In this document: positions 53,701-64,000 of the stretch, in pieces
Layout of the letters: each line of letters starts with the position of its first letter
Numbering within the stretch: position 1 is the stretch's first letter
Assembly (NCBI GenBank): GCA_050273025.1
Contig: CP158635.1
Location: 10,974,001-11,038,000 of the forward strand
Reading direction: 5' to 3'
Source: Cenococcum geophilum
Taxonomy: Eukaryota
Length of the DNA stretch: 64,000 nucleotides
Program-made: the position numbers and the translations under genes
Notes under the pieces: model-generated
The model's database searches: none
Told to the model about the DNA's origin: nothing
What the model saw: the letters and a program-made list of their open reading frames with translations, nothing else

Positions 53701-54314
53701 TGTAAATTGAGACACTCACGACAAGCATGTAATGTTTTCAACGCCTCAGCTACGTTTCGGCACATGCTAATCCGGTCGGATAGAGTAAATTCCCTACCTT
53801 GCCCAGAGGTGAAGAACTGCTGCATATCTCCATGGTGCATGTTCTCATATACCAAGACTGGATCAACAGTAAGATTTTGTTTATCGACGTTCCAGCAAAT
53901 CCCGACCGGATGGTGAATAAAAAGGCAATTCCAGACTGATTTCTTAAAAAAGGGTCTCAGTTCCGACATCAATGCCGCATAGATACGCTCTTCGTCTATG
54001 GCACTTCGAGCATGAGAGTTTTCTATCATGTCGATAGCTTTGAATGCTAGTCTGAATTCAAGACTAAGCAGAGACTGATGGATCTTCGCTGTTCCTCCGC
54101 ATCCTATTAGCCCAAGCCGAGGCTGCCAGGATATTGGGAGAAAGTCGATTAACAGCTTTTGCGCAGTGGCGCAGAAGTAGAGGAAGTTCAGGTGGCAGGT
54201 ATTGTCTCCGCTCCGTTGACCAGATTGCCGAGGTAATGTTGGGAAGAGGACATCGGAGCCTAGAAATGGCCGACTAAACTGTTTGCTGAAGAGATAAAGT
54301 TCGCTTTGAGCCAT
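50731..54314 (-). pseudogene. Gene C: Ser/Thr kinase + Sel1-like repeat + long TPR array (~1162 codons); exons 54314-53720, 53672-53032, 52983-50731; one in-frame TAG at 52371-52369
   Basis: Introns GTGAGT..CAG (53719-53673) and GTGCTT..TAG (53031-52984) keep the frame. Kinase motifs IGCGGTA, LAFK, IIHGDIKPQN, DFG, WNAPE, DIFSFG. Sel1-like AFQLALCFKIGFG..WL. ~42-aa TPRs of the GxxHPxTL type. The frame is open apart from YRL*GKY. Confidence 0.82.
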
Positions 54315-54643
54315 TTGAATGTCTTATTGAATGCTCACTTAAGACACTGTATGTTTTAAAGCTACTAGGTTCTGAGGTCCCTAGTTCCTACAATGACGCT
54401 GATCAAGCGGGGGAACACGTATGCCTGGCTTACAAGTAGGTGTGCTGGAAGGGCAACCCGGTGCTGCTGTGTTACGACTGGCTAGAAACTGCTAGGATGC
54501 GCCATTTTTGAACTTGGACCAATCTCTAGTTGCCCCTACTCGTATTCTAACCCCCACGAACCGTCCTGCTTATTGGCGTTTTAGTGGACCCAACACTAAA
54601 AACACGAAAATTAATCTAATAGAAGAATACTTTAAAAGGCCAC

Positions 54644-54900
54644 TATTACGGCACTGGCAGCAGATTGCGGCATATTTCGGCAGAAAACGGCAGATAGTAT
54701 TAGGCACGTGATTTCCTAATTGTATATAGCATATTCTTTATTATAATAATATTTAATAAACAAATTAAGCTTTTTAATTAATTAATTAATTAATACCTAG
54801 AACTATAATGTAGTACTAACAGATTGTAATAAATTGTAATAAAATTTAGTAGATATAATAGCACTAGGGCGTGTTATTACTATAATATACTATATATTGC
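54644..54900 (+). mobile_element. LTR relic(s) at the right edge of the gene island
   Basis: TATTACGGCACTGGCAG matches the start of the 1262 LTR (TGTTACGGCACTGGCAG). RIP-type AT richness resumes here. The end coordinate is uncertain. Confidence 0.6.
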
Positions 54901-55169
54901 CGTTCTACTGCTATAATTTAGTTTTAGCTTATCTATTTACTAATACTATTACAGACTTAGTTAATTAAGGCGTAAGGCGTAGGTACTATAAGAGGAAAGA
55001 TAGAAGCCTATATAATTAGTAGTTTATTAATTAGGATTTAAAGTTAAAGAAAAGTAAAGTAAAAGATAAGTAGCGCCACTTAAAGTTTTATATAACTATA
55101 ACTACCTACCAAGTTCTGCTATAATTTACTGTTTTTTATTAATACTATAATACTATCCCACCTATTATA

Positions 55170-55416
55170 TATTACGGTACTAACAGAAAATAGTAGAACT
55201 TAGCAGAACTTAGTAAATAGCTATAGTTATATAACTAGAAAATCGTATAAAACTCTAAGCGGCGCTGCTTGCTTTTTCTCCTTTTCTTTTCTCTAGCTTT
55301 AGATCCTTGTTTATAGACAATCCAATTATATAAGCTTGCGCGTCCCTTTTGCCATACTTATACCTTAATTAACTAAGTCGCTAATATTATCTAAAGCTTA
55401 TCTACTTTTTCTTCTT
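55170..55416 (+). mobile_element. 5' LTR and first internal bases of a gypsy from the 1262 family
   Basis: CTAGCTTTAGATCCTTGTTTATAGACAATCCAAT..TAAGTCGCTAATA-TTATCTAAAGCT matches 1393-1500. Confidence 0.8.
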
Positions 55417-56310
55417 TATTACGGACCTTATATTAGCAGTAGTCGCACTACTAAAAAGGGATATAAATAGGTTGGTTAAAATAGTATGGGAGGTATTAGA
55501 ATTAATTAAGCTATAAAATAAGAGGTAATTAAATTACGTGGCTAGTTATATTATAAAGTTTAAAACGTAGAAACGTGGGAATGTGAGAATATATAATATA
55601 CTGACGTACTAATACACTAACGTACTTAGTATATTTCTTATACGTAGTATTATATATTTAAAGGACTACAGTCTTTACCTAGATAGTTCTTTTTTTAAAG
55701 TTAATCTATTAGGTAACCTACTCTACTAATTATATTTACATTATTAACTTTTTTATTTACCTATATACTTACCTATTAATAAGTCTACTATAGTATTTCC
55801 TATAAGGCTTTATTATATATTTACTACTATAGTTATAGTATTAATAAAAGTTAAACAATATACTACCTAAAGCACTAGTTATAATGCTATTAATGGTAGT
55901 AACTACTTTAGGATTAGGAGATACTAGTATAAGAAATAATAACCTATAAGTAGTTATAATAAATTAACTTAAAAGTGTTATGGAGTAGAATAATATTAAT
56001 AATTAAGTACTACTTTAATAATTGTAAGGTATAAAAAAGGAAAAGATTAAAATGCTATTAATTAAGAGGTTAATAGGAGAAAAGTATAAGCTTAAAGAAT
56101 TCCTTATATAAATGCGGTTAAAGATTTAGTGTAAAGGAAGTAGGCTTATAGATATAAGCAATTAAGTGACGTATATAGGACTATTCTTAACGGGTTAGGC
56201 ACTAAAGTAGTTTAAACCTATCTTTAAGTTATAGAGATATAAGCTAATAGGTTAGCTACTACTAATTTAAAAATATAGTATATATTCTTAAGCTAGGAAG
56301 GATTTACTAA
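55417..56310 (+). mobile_element. 5' LTR and gag start of a gypsy from the 25496-39603 family, in opposite orientation
   Basis: Reverse-complement match to LTR 39183-39603 and to the gag 5' region at ~38700-39180. Confidence 0.8.
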
Positions 56311-57790
56311 TAGATATAATAAAGCCTTATAGTAGGAACTACGCTCTTAATTAGAGGATATATGGCATAAACAATATAAACGAACACCGGTATACCCCAA
56401 GGCTTAGCGCTGTCGCCAATCCTATTCCTCTTTTTTGCCTGCACACTCCTACTAGAGCTGCAAGGGGGAACCACTACGGCATTCGGATTTGTTGACGACT
56501 CCAATATACTGACGTATAGCAAGACTACGGAGGAAAACTGCAGAACTATAGAAAGGGCGCATAAGGTATACACGGCGTAGGCACGCCGGCATGGGGTAGT
56601 GTTTGCCCCCAAAAAGTACCACCTTATCCATTTTATAAGGAGCCACAAGAAGTTTAATATAAAGGCTATAGCTAACATATATAGCTTTACGGAAGGCCCA
56701 GTTAGTAACCTACGTGTATTAGGGGTATAAGTTAACTTAAAGCTTAAATGGGGACCGTATGTTAATATTATTAAGACGAAGGCGATTACCCAAATGGCCG
56801 CACTAACCTAGCTTACGGCCTCTATATAGGGCGCTTCCTTCCAGAAGGCGCGGATAATATACTCCGCCATAGTCCGGCCGGTAATCTTATACGGATATAG
56901 TATCTAGTACTCGCTACCGGAGTGGACGAAGCCTAAGGAAATAAGTAAAACTAAACTGCGCTAGCTAGGCGTAGGATAGAACCTATGCCTCCGCACCATT
57001 GCGGGGGCATATAAATTAACGCCAATAGTAGTACTAGAGCATGAGATGGGGTTTCTACCGCTTTAGATGCACCTTAAAGAGCTAGCTATAGCCTACGCGG
57101 AGAGAATATAGGAAGGACCGGCAAGAGAGTATATTAAGAGGGAGTGCAACACTATACGGGCTATAATAGCTTACCAACTCCGGCCTAGAATAAAGCCACT
57201 AATGCGGCCCACTAGACGGGATAAGCTTAAGAGGATAGCGGCCGCTATCTTAGGGACAGATATACGGCTAATAGACGTATCTAAAGCGCAGTATAAGAGA
57301 AGTAGAAGGGCTAGGGTATAAAAGGCGTTTAAGGAGCGGTGGAAAAGGGAATAGGAAAAGTACTAGAGCACGCTTACCTACTATATAACGGCCTAGGCCG
57401 AGCTATAGAACAAGAAAGTCTTTAAACGCTACGCGAGGCTTATAAAGGTAAAGAGTATAATTAATACGCTACTTAGAACCGAGTATATAGGGCTTAACAA
57501 ATACCTCTACTATTAAAAAGTACTAGGGTACCTAACCCCGGCCTACCTATACGGCCATAGCCAACAATTAACAATGTACGTAGTGGTGTTCTGCCCTAGA
57601 TACGCTGCTAGCCGGGCGGAAATATATTACTATACTAGAATATCCTTATATAAAGAGCTCCTAACTAAGCTAAAGGCTACTAAGGCAGTTATGGACTGGT
57701 TTATACAGACAAACCTCCTACTATACCTTTTATTTGCTAAAGAGCTAGCTAGGGTAAAGAAAGGAGGCTAGGAAGCGCTTTAAGAGGCAG
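56310..57790 (+). mobile_element. 5'-truncated Tad1-like LINE (RT C-terminal part and CCHC finger), RIP-mutated
   Basis: GIPQGSALSPILFLF (~56388-56435), GFVDD (~56485), FAPKKYHLIHF, TLLRTEHIGLNKYL, and CPCG..H..FCP (~57545-57598). Confidence 0.88.
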
Positions 57791-57799
57791 AGGATAAAT

Positions 57800-58170
57800 A
57801 CTACAGGGATAGTAGAATATGGTAGAATTTTACAAATAGCAATCTGGTAGAAGTTAGTAGAACTCTAGTAACCCGGTAGAATTTGGTAGAACTTATTAAC
57901 CTGGTAGAATTTGGTAGAATTTAGCAACCTAATAGAAGTTGGCAGAATTTTAGCAACCTAATAGAATTTAGTAGAGTTTTGGCAACCTAATAGAATTTGG
58001 CAGAGTTTTAGTAACCTAACAGAATTTAGTAGAATCTCGGCAACCTGGCAGAATCTAATAACCTAATAGAAGTTGGCAGAACTTTAGTAACCTAGCAGAA
58101 TTTAACAGAATCTGGTAACCTAGTAGAACTTAGTAGAGGTTAATATCCTAATAAAACTTAATAAAACTTA
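57800..58170. repeat. Degenerate ~30-bp tandem array built on GGCAGAA(T) units; LINE 3' region or part of an LTR ending at ~58558
   Basis: Repeated GGTAGAATTTGGTAGAA...AACC(T/C) units are directly visible. Which element owns them is unresolved. Confidence 0.7.
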
Positions 58171-58572
58171 GCAAGGTATAGAGCTGCGTATATTAACGTA
58201 GATATAAATAACGGAACCTTCTATACCACTATTAGCCTTATAGGCCACCGGCCTATGCCCTACTTAAATAACCGGAGCAGCCAGGAACGGAACCTAGGCC
58301 CTAGCTATATACCCCACCAAATAAACCCAGGAGTACGCATTAAGATAGCTTTTCTATAGCGCCTTAAAGAGACGTCTACTTGTGCTTAGCAGTTACTAAT
58401 CAGAAGAGAGGCTATATAGGCCGCATAATAAGCCATATAGGCCGTATAACAAGAAAAGGAGAGGTTTTATCCGGCCCCAGCGGTACGGTTCCCCTTTTAT
58501 ACATGTATATATATACCTATATAGACCCGCTACATGGACCCTAACGGGAGCCGTAACAGCGTAATTAAATAT

Positions 58573-61500
58573 TATAACATAATATAACATAGTAGGAACT
58601 ACGGTGGACTTATTAATAGGCTGGGTATATAGGTATAGAATAGTTAACAACATAAATATAACTGATGAAGTAGTTACCTAATAGATTAACTCTAATTATA
58701 TTCTAAGATTTACTATAAGGAGAGAAGAACTATCTAGGTAGGGACTATAGTCCTTTAAATACATAACCGTACTCCTAAGAAATCCTCCTTATATATAAAG
58801 TACGTCTTATATATAAGGTACGTAAGTTCCTCTTATTCCTCTTATTTAATATATAGCACGTTATATAACCTTAGTTACTATTCCTCGTTATATAGTTCTA
58901 TTAGCTCTATTCTAAACCGTGCCTTAATTAACTAACTAGCTGCTTCTAACTCCTCTCCTAGTAGTTATAATATTAAAGCGTCCGTAATACTATCTCCAGC
59001 CTTTCTATCTTCGTCCTTAAAGATTCTTAATATCTCTAAGTCGTTTATTAGAGGTGTGATATCCGTCTAATTAATTTAGTTAATATCGTTGCTTATTATA
59101 CCTAAAGCCTCTTCTTCTTTACACGCCTAACGTTATGCCCGCACCATTACTGTAATATTATTGCTTAGTGAAATTATACTATCTTTATGTTCTTATTATG
59201 CGAAAGAGGGGTTAGTCTATATTGCGCTAGCAAGTCCATCTTTATAATAACCGTCCTCTTACTTAAAGTACACTAAAGCGAATATTTATTCGTCCTATAA
59301 CGTTCGCTTTACTTCTAATACTAAATATACATATTCTATTATTCTTAATAGTTGTCTAGTTCTCTAATTAATTTGCCTTAGGGTCTTATATTTAATCTAC
59401 TACTACTTATCTTAATAGCGAGTTATCTTAAGCCCTTGCTAAATTAGAATATTCTTATAATGCGGAATAAAAGGCCCTAGATACTTATATCGCGGCGTTT
59501 ACTTAATTACTTTATCTTAAGAAGGTTTATAAAAAGGTTTATTCTAAAGAGTAAAAACTTATAAAACAAGATTTGTAGGAACTTGGTAATAAAAAAATGG
59601 ATTCTTTTCTAGCCGTAAGGAAACAGATCTAAGTAGTTCGGCAACTACTCTTTTTAGGTCCCCCTTAGGTGACTTATTCTTTAGCGATTCTTCTTTATTA
59701 ATACTGCCTAACCTAATCTCTTTTAATACTCCTATACCTTTTTTATAGCATTTTTAGATTCTCTAGTAGCTCCTAGGTAGTCTTATTATAGCCTATCTAC
59801 TTAACCTTATACTATATTTTGTTGTTAATATCCTTATAACTAATAATCTTTAAAACTTACTATTTGTTTTCTTCCTGCCCTCTATATATATCTACTTTAT
59901 AGGCTAGTGGCTTAATATTCCTATATGCTGGCTTTAGCATTATAATATACTATATAGGGTAGATCTTTATTTTAGCTAGTAGGTTTAACTTAAATATAAC
60001 TAGTGAAATTCTTTATATAATTTTAAAAGGTCTTAGTTTAACGTGGTCTAATTTCTTACTTAGTCGTTAACTCTTAAATTTTTTATATAGTAGCCACACT
60101 TTATCTCCCTCCTTAAGATCTAGTCCCTTAGATCTCTTAGCGTTATAGTACCTTTTTATTCTTTTTTATACTTTTTTTGCTAATTCTATAAGGTCTGTAT
60201 AAAGATTTATTAATATCTTTATTCTTTCTTTAGCTATATTACTTATTTTCTTCACTTATTATAGTAATAACAATATTCTTAGCTTATATCTATAATTTGC
60301 CTTAAATAGTAATGTGCCTATTCCTTCTTATAGTGTTATATTATATATAAACTATATAACTGGTAATAGCAATACCTAATTATTCTATACGTGATTAATA
60401 TAATGTTTTAGATACTATTCTAGCGTTTAATTTAATTTTTCTGTTTATCTGTCCGTCTGCGGATAATATATAGTAGAAGTTACTGCTCTAACTCTCTACT
60501 CCACTAAGAATACTTCCTAAAATACTACTATAAATCTTAGATCCCTATCTAATATAATTTTACTTAGTACTCTATGTCTTATAAACACTTCCTTAATATA
60601 GATTCTAGCTATATCTTCTGCTAAGATTTCTTCTATATATGCTATAAAGTAGCCCTATTTAGTTAACTTATTTACTATTACTAAGATTATATTATACTCT
60701 TATCTAGTAATCGGATCTCTTAACCTTAGTAACTTAACGATAAAGTTCTATAATATAACCTCCTATAGTCTCTCTAGTATTTTAATAGGTTATAGCCCTT
60801 CGTATAGCTTATGCCTTATTAGTTTATTCTTTTAGCAATCTAAATACTCCTTTATTACTTTTCTTATAATATTTTAGATTCTGTTAATAATATATTCTTC
60901 CTAAAGTCTTAACACTAAGCCTATTATTCTATTATATCCCTAAGTTATTCCCTTATAGAAATCTTCTACAAAAATGCTCTACTATGCTCTTTAGGATGTA
61001 CTTTACTTCTTAATTTTCGTATATATCTATCTATAGATCTTCTAGCTGTGCTTCTAAAATTCTTTATACCTAAAAGCTTGCTAGTATCTCGTAGACTCTT
61101 TTTAGTTTATTATCTTCTTAAGTTACTACTAGCTTAGGGTGATTATATCTAATCTATCTATCCTTATTTTTATGTAGTATTACTTTTAATGGCTTCTTAT
61201 TATTCTATAATTTAGTCTTTCTGCTAAGTACGTCTATTTTTATATTTTTAGTTCCTTTAGTATACTAAATCTTAAAATAGTATTCTATAAGTATCTCCGC
61301 CTATCTAACCTGCCTTTAATTAAGTTTTTTTATTATTAGAAACCCTATTAGGTTCTTATAATCCGTTTTAACTATAAATAGTTTCTTTACGCCTTATAAA
61401 AATGCTCTCTATTTCTTAAGCACTATAACTATACCTAATAACTCCTTGTTATAGACGTCATAGTTTAACTCTAATAGTATTATCTTCCGACTATAATATA

Positions 61501-64000
61501 ATACTAAATGCTATACGTCCTTATGCTTCTATAGCAAGTATGCTCCTAATATATAGTCTAATATATCTATTTCTATAACCGTGTTTAGTCCTAGTTAGTA
61601 AATTTTAAGGATTAGCTCCTAGGTAAACAGCTCCTTAAGTTCCTTAAATAACTTTTTTTACTTATCTCCCTATACCTATGGTTCCTCTTTTTTTATAAGC
61701 CTAGTAAATAGTTTAATATTCTTTAACTATTATGCTATAAACCTTCTATAGTAGTTGCAAAACCCTAAAAATAACCTTAACTATATTATATTCTCCAGTT
61801 CTTACTAACTTACTATAGCTTTAATTTTCTTTAGGTTTATACTAATATAACCTAGTTTAATAATAAATTTAATGAAATTGGTCTTCCTTATAAAGAACTC
61901 GAATTTCTTAATTATTACTAGCATCTATTCTTCTTATAGTCTTTTTAAGACCTATTTAACGTGTTCCCTATACTCTTCCTTAGTTATTAAGTAGATAATA
62001 ATATTGTTAAGGCATACTATAATAAACTCATTAAGGTATTCTTCTAATACACTATTAATTCTTTTCTAAAATGTTATAGGTATATTTATTAGCCTAAATT
62101 ATATAACTAATAGCTTATATAGTCCTTCTCTTAACCTAAAGGCTACCTTCTATTTATTACCTTCCTTAATTTTAATTTAATGGTACGCCTATCTTAGATC
62201 TATCTTTATAAAGATTTGCGCGTTACCTATCTAATCTTAGATTTCGCTAATTAAGGGTAAAGGATACCTATCTTTCCGAGTAATGCTATTTAACTATCTA
62301 TAGTTAATATATAGCCTAAGTTTTCTATTCTTTTTTAGTACGAATAATACTGGGTAACCTATTAATAACTATAATAGTCTAATATATCCCTTTTACAGGT
62401 TCTCTTAGATAAACTCTTTAAGTACTCTAGACTCCTCTTAAGTAAGCTTATAGGTTAGAAAAAACCTTAGATTTATTCCTAGTTTTAACTCTATTTTATA
62501 GTCCTATACTATATAATCTGCTAGCTTTTTACTTTCTAGGCTCTATAGTTTCTTACTATATTTATAGTATCTCTTTAGTACGTAACTTAAGCCTTACTTA
62601 GTCTCTTTATATATTACTCTAACTTAGTATTATACTAACTTAGTTTACTATTATATTTTATATTATTAAGTATCTTTAATATTAACCTAACCTATAATCT
62701 AATTAATCCTTAGGTTATATTCCTGTAACTAAGGTATACCTAATACTACCTTATCCTGTCCTAATAGTAGGATATTAAAAGACATCTTAATTTATCTTCC
62801 TTTAATAGTTATCTAAATAGGTCCTTTTTTAAGATTAATAATCCCTCCTTTATAGGTTATTAGATCTCCTAAAATTGTAACTAATAGGTAAAGTTATTCC
62901 TTCTATTTATAAGGTAATCCTATTTCTTTACTGCTATTAATAAAATATAGTTCCGTGTTACTCCACTATCTATTAGCGCTTTAAACTACTAATCTTACTA
63001 TTTAATCCTTAAATTTAGGTACTATCCTTAAATTCCTTTAAGGGTTTAAGGCTCTACTACTAGTTCCCTCTAGTCCTATAGGCCTTTACTTTTCCCAACT
63101 ATTAGCTGTTTAATCTTTATATACTTAGCTCGTTCTTTAACCAGTACTTAGTTTGCTTTTTATCTTCTATATACTATAGATATATATTCTTTAGGTATTC
63201 CTACTACTATTATTTATCTAAGTATTCTTCCGTAAAAAATCTTCCTAGTTAAAGTATTAGATCCCCAAACTCTTAGATCTCTATTAGATACTAGCTATAT
63301 ATATACTTAGCATTTCTATACTATTGCTCTTCTAGCGCCTAATATATCTTTATAGGGTATTTCCAATTCTTTTCTTTTAGATTTTTATGCATTTTATATA
63401 TATTGTCTATATATATAATCCATAATAGCGTATAATGTGCTAAGTGCTTTAGGTTAACTCTTAACTCGTCTTTATCTTTAAGTTTAAACCTCTATTATGT
63501 TAATCTAAACGTTATAACTTTATTTATAGGTACTAATATACACTTCTTACTTCTCTAGTCCTCTAATTATTCCTCTAAATTCTTTAACGTTATAATTAAG
63601 GCTCCTTTAATATAAGTTATGGCCTTCTCTATAATAGGGTAGTCCTAAATAACTTATTTATCCAACTACATATAAAAATCTTTTTATTTATTATTATGTC
63701 GTTACCTATACCACTTTTAGTACAGCTATTAGAGTATATATAGCTTATCTACAAGGAAGTATCTTCTTATTACTATATTATAACAGCCCTTTATATATCG
63801 TTTTTTAAACCTAGTAAGGATCCCTAGATCCTCTTTATTTTCCAGTTTAGTAAGCTACTTAGCTCTTAATATGCCTACTCTAAGCCTATTAGTAATTTTT
63901 TATATAGGTGCCCTATCCCTTATATAACCTAGTATACTAAATCTCTTATTTAGTTTCTATTCATGCTATACAATAATTCTTTACCTAAATTCTTCTATAG
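58573..64000 (-). mobile_element. RIP-degraded Ty3/gypsy (diverged relative of 25496-39603): 3' LTR plus pol, running off the window
   Basis: LTR at ~58573-58989 resembles 25496-25916. The internal sequence is colinear with ~25920-30560. RT YLDD relic at ~62000-62015. Confidence 0.9.

Noticed and set aside
45023..53916. Small ORFs overlapping genes A-C (e.g. 51378-51893, 52801-53172, 47525-47863)
   Set aside because: Shadow frames of the three motif-supported genes.

Overview
Filamentous-ascomycete genomic DNA, judged from GT-AG introns with CTAAC-type branch sites and a pervasive RIP signature (TpA excess, CpA/TpG loss, stop-riddled transposon ORFs). About 54 kb is AT-rich, RIP-degraded, nested transposons: CryptonF copies, several Ty3/gypsy elements, a copia, solo LTRs, a Tad1-like LINE, a MITE, and relics of a DUF6589 transposase and a RecQ-like helicase that together suggest an AcademH-like element. 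Inside this lies one ~10.5 kb GC-balanced island (~44.1-54.6 kb) with three intron-containing genes: (A) an active-looking kinase fused to a HeLo-like segment and a pseudokinase, (B) a divergently transcribed CorA-like membrane protein lacking the GMN motif, and (C) a kinase-Sel1-TPR gene carrying one in-frame TAG. This triad is the best candidate for an undescribed system, a putative sensor-kinase / MLKL-like / channel immunity or allorecognition module; the function is inferred, not shown. Domain calls come from reading motifs by eye with mental reversal of RIP. No database searches were run.
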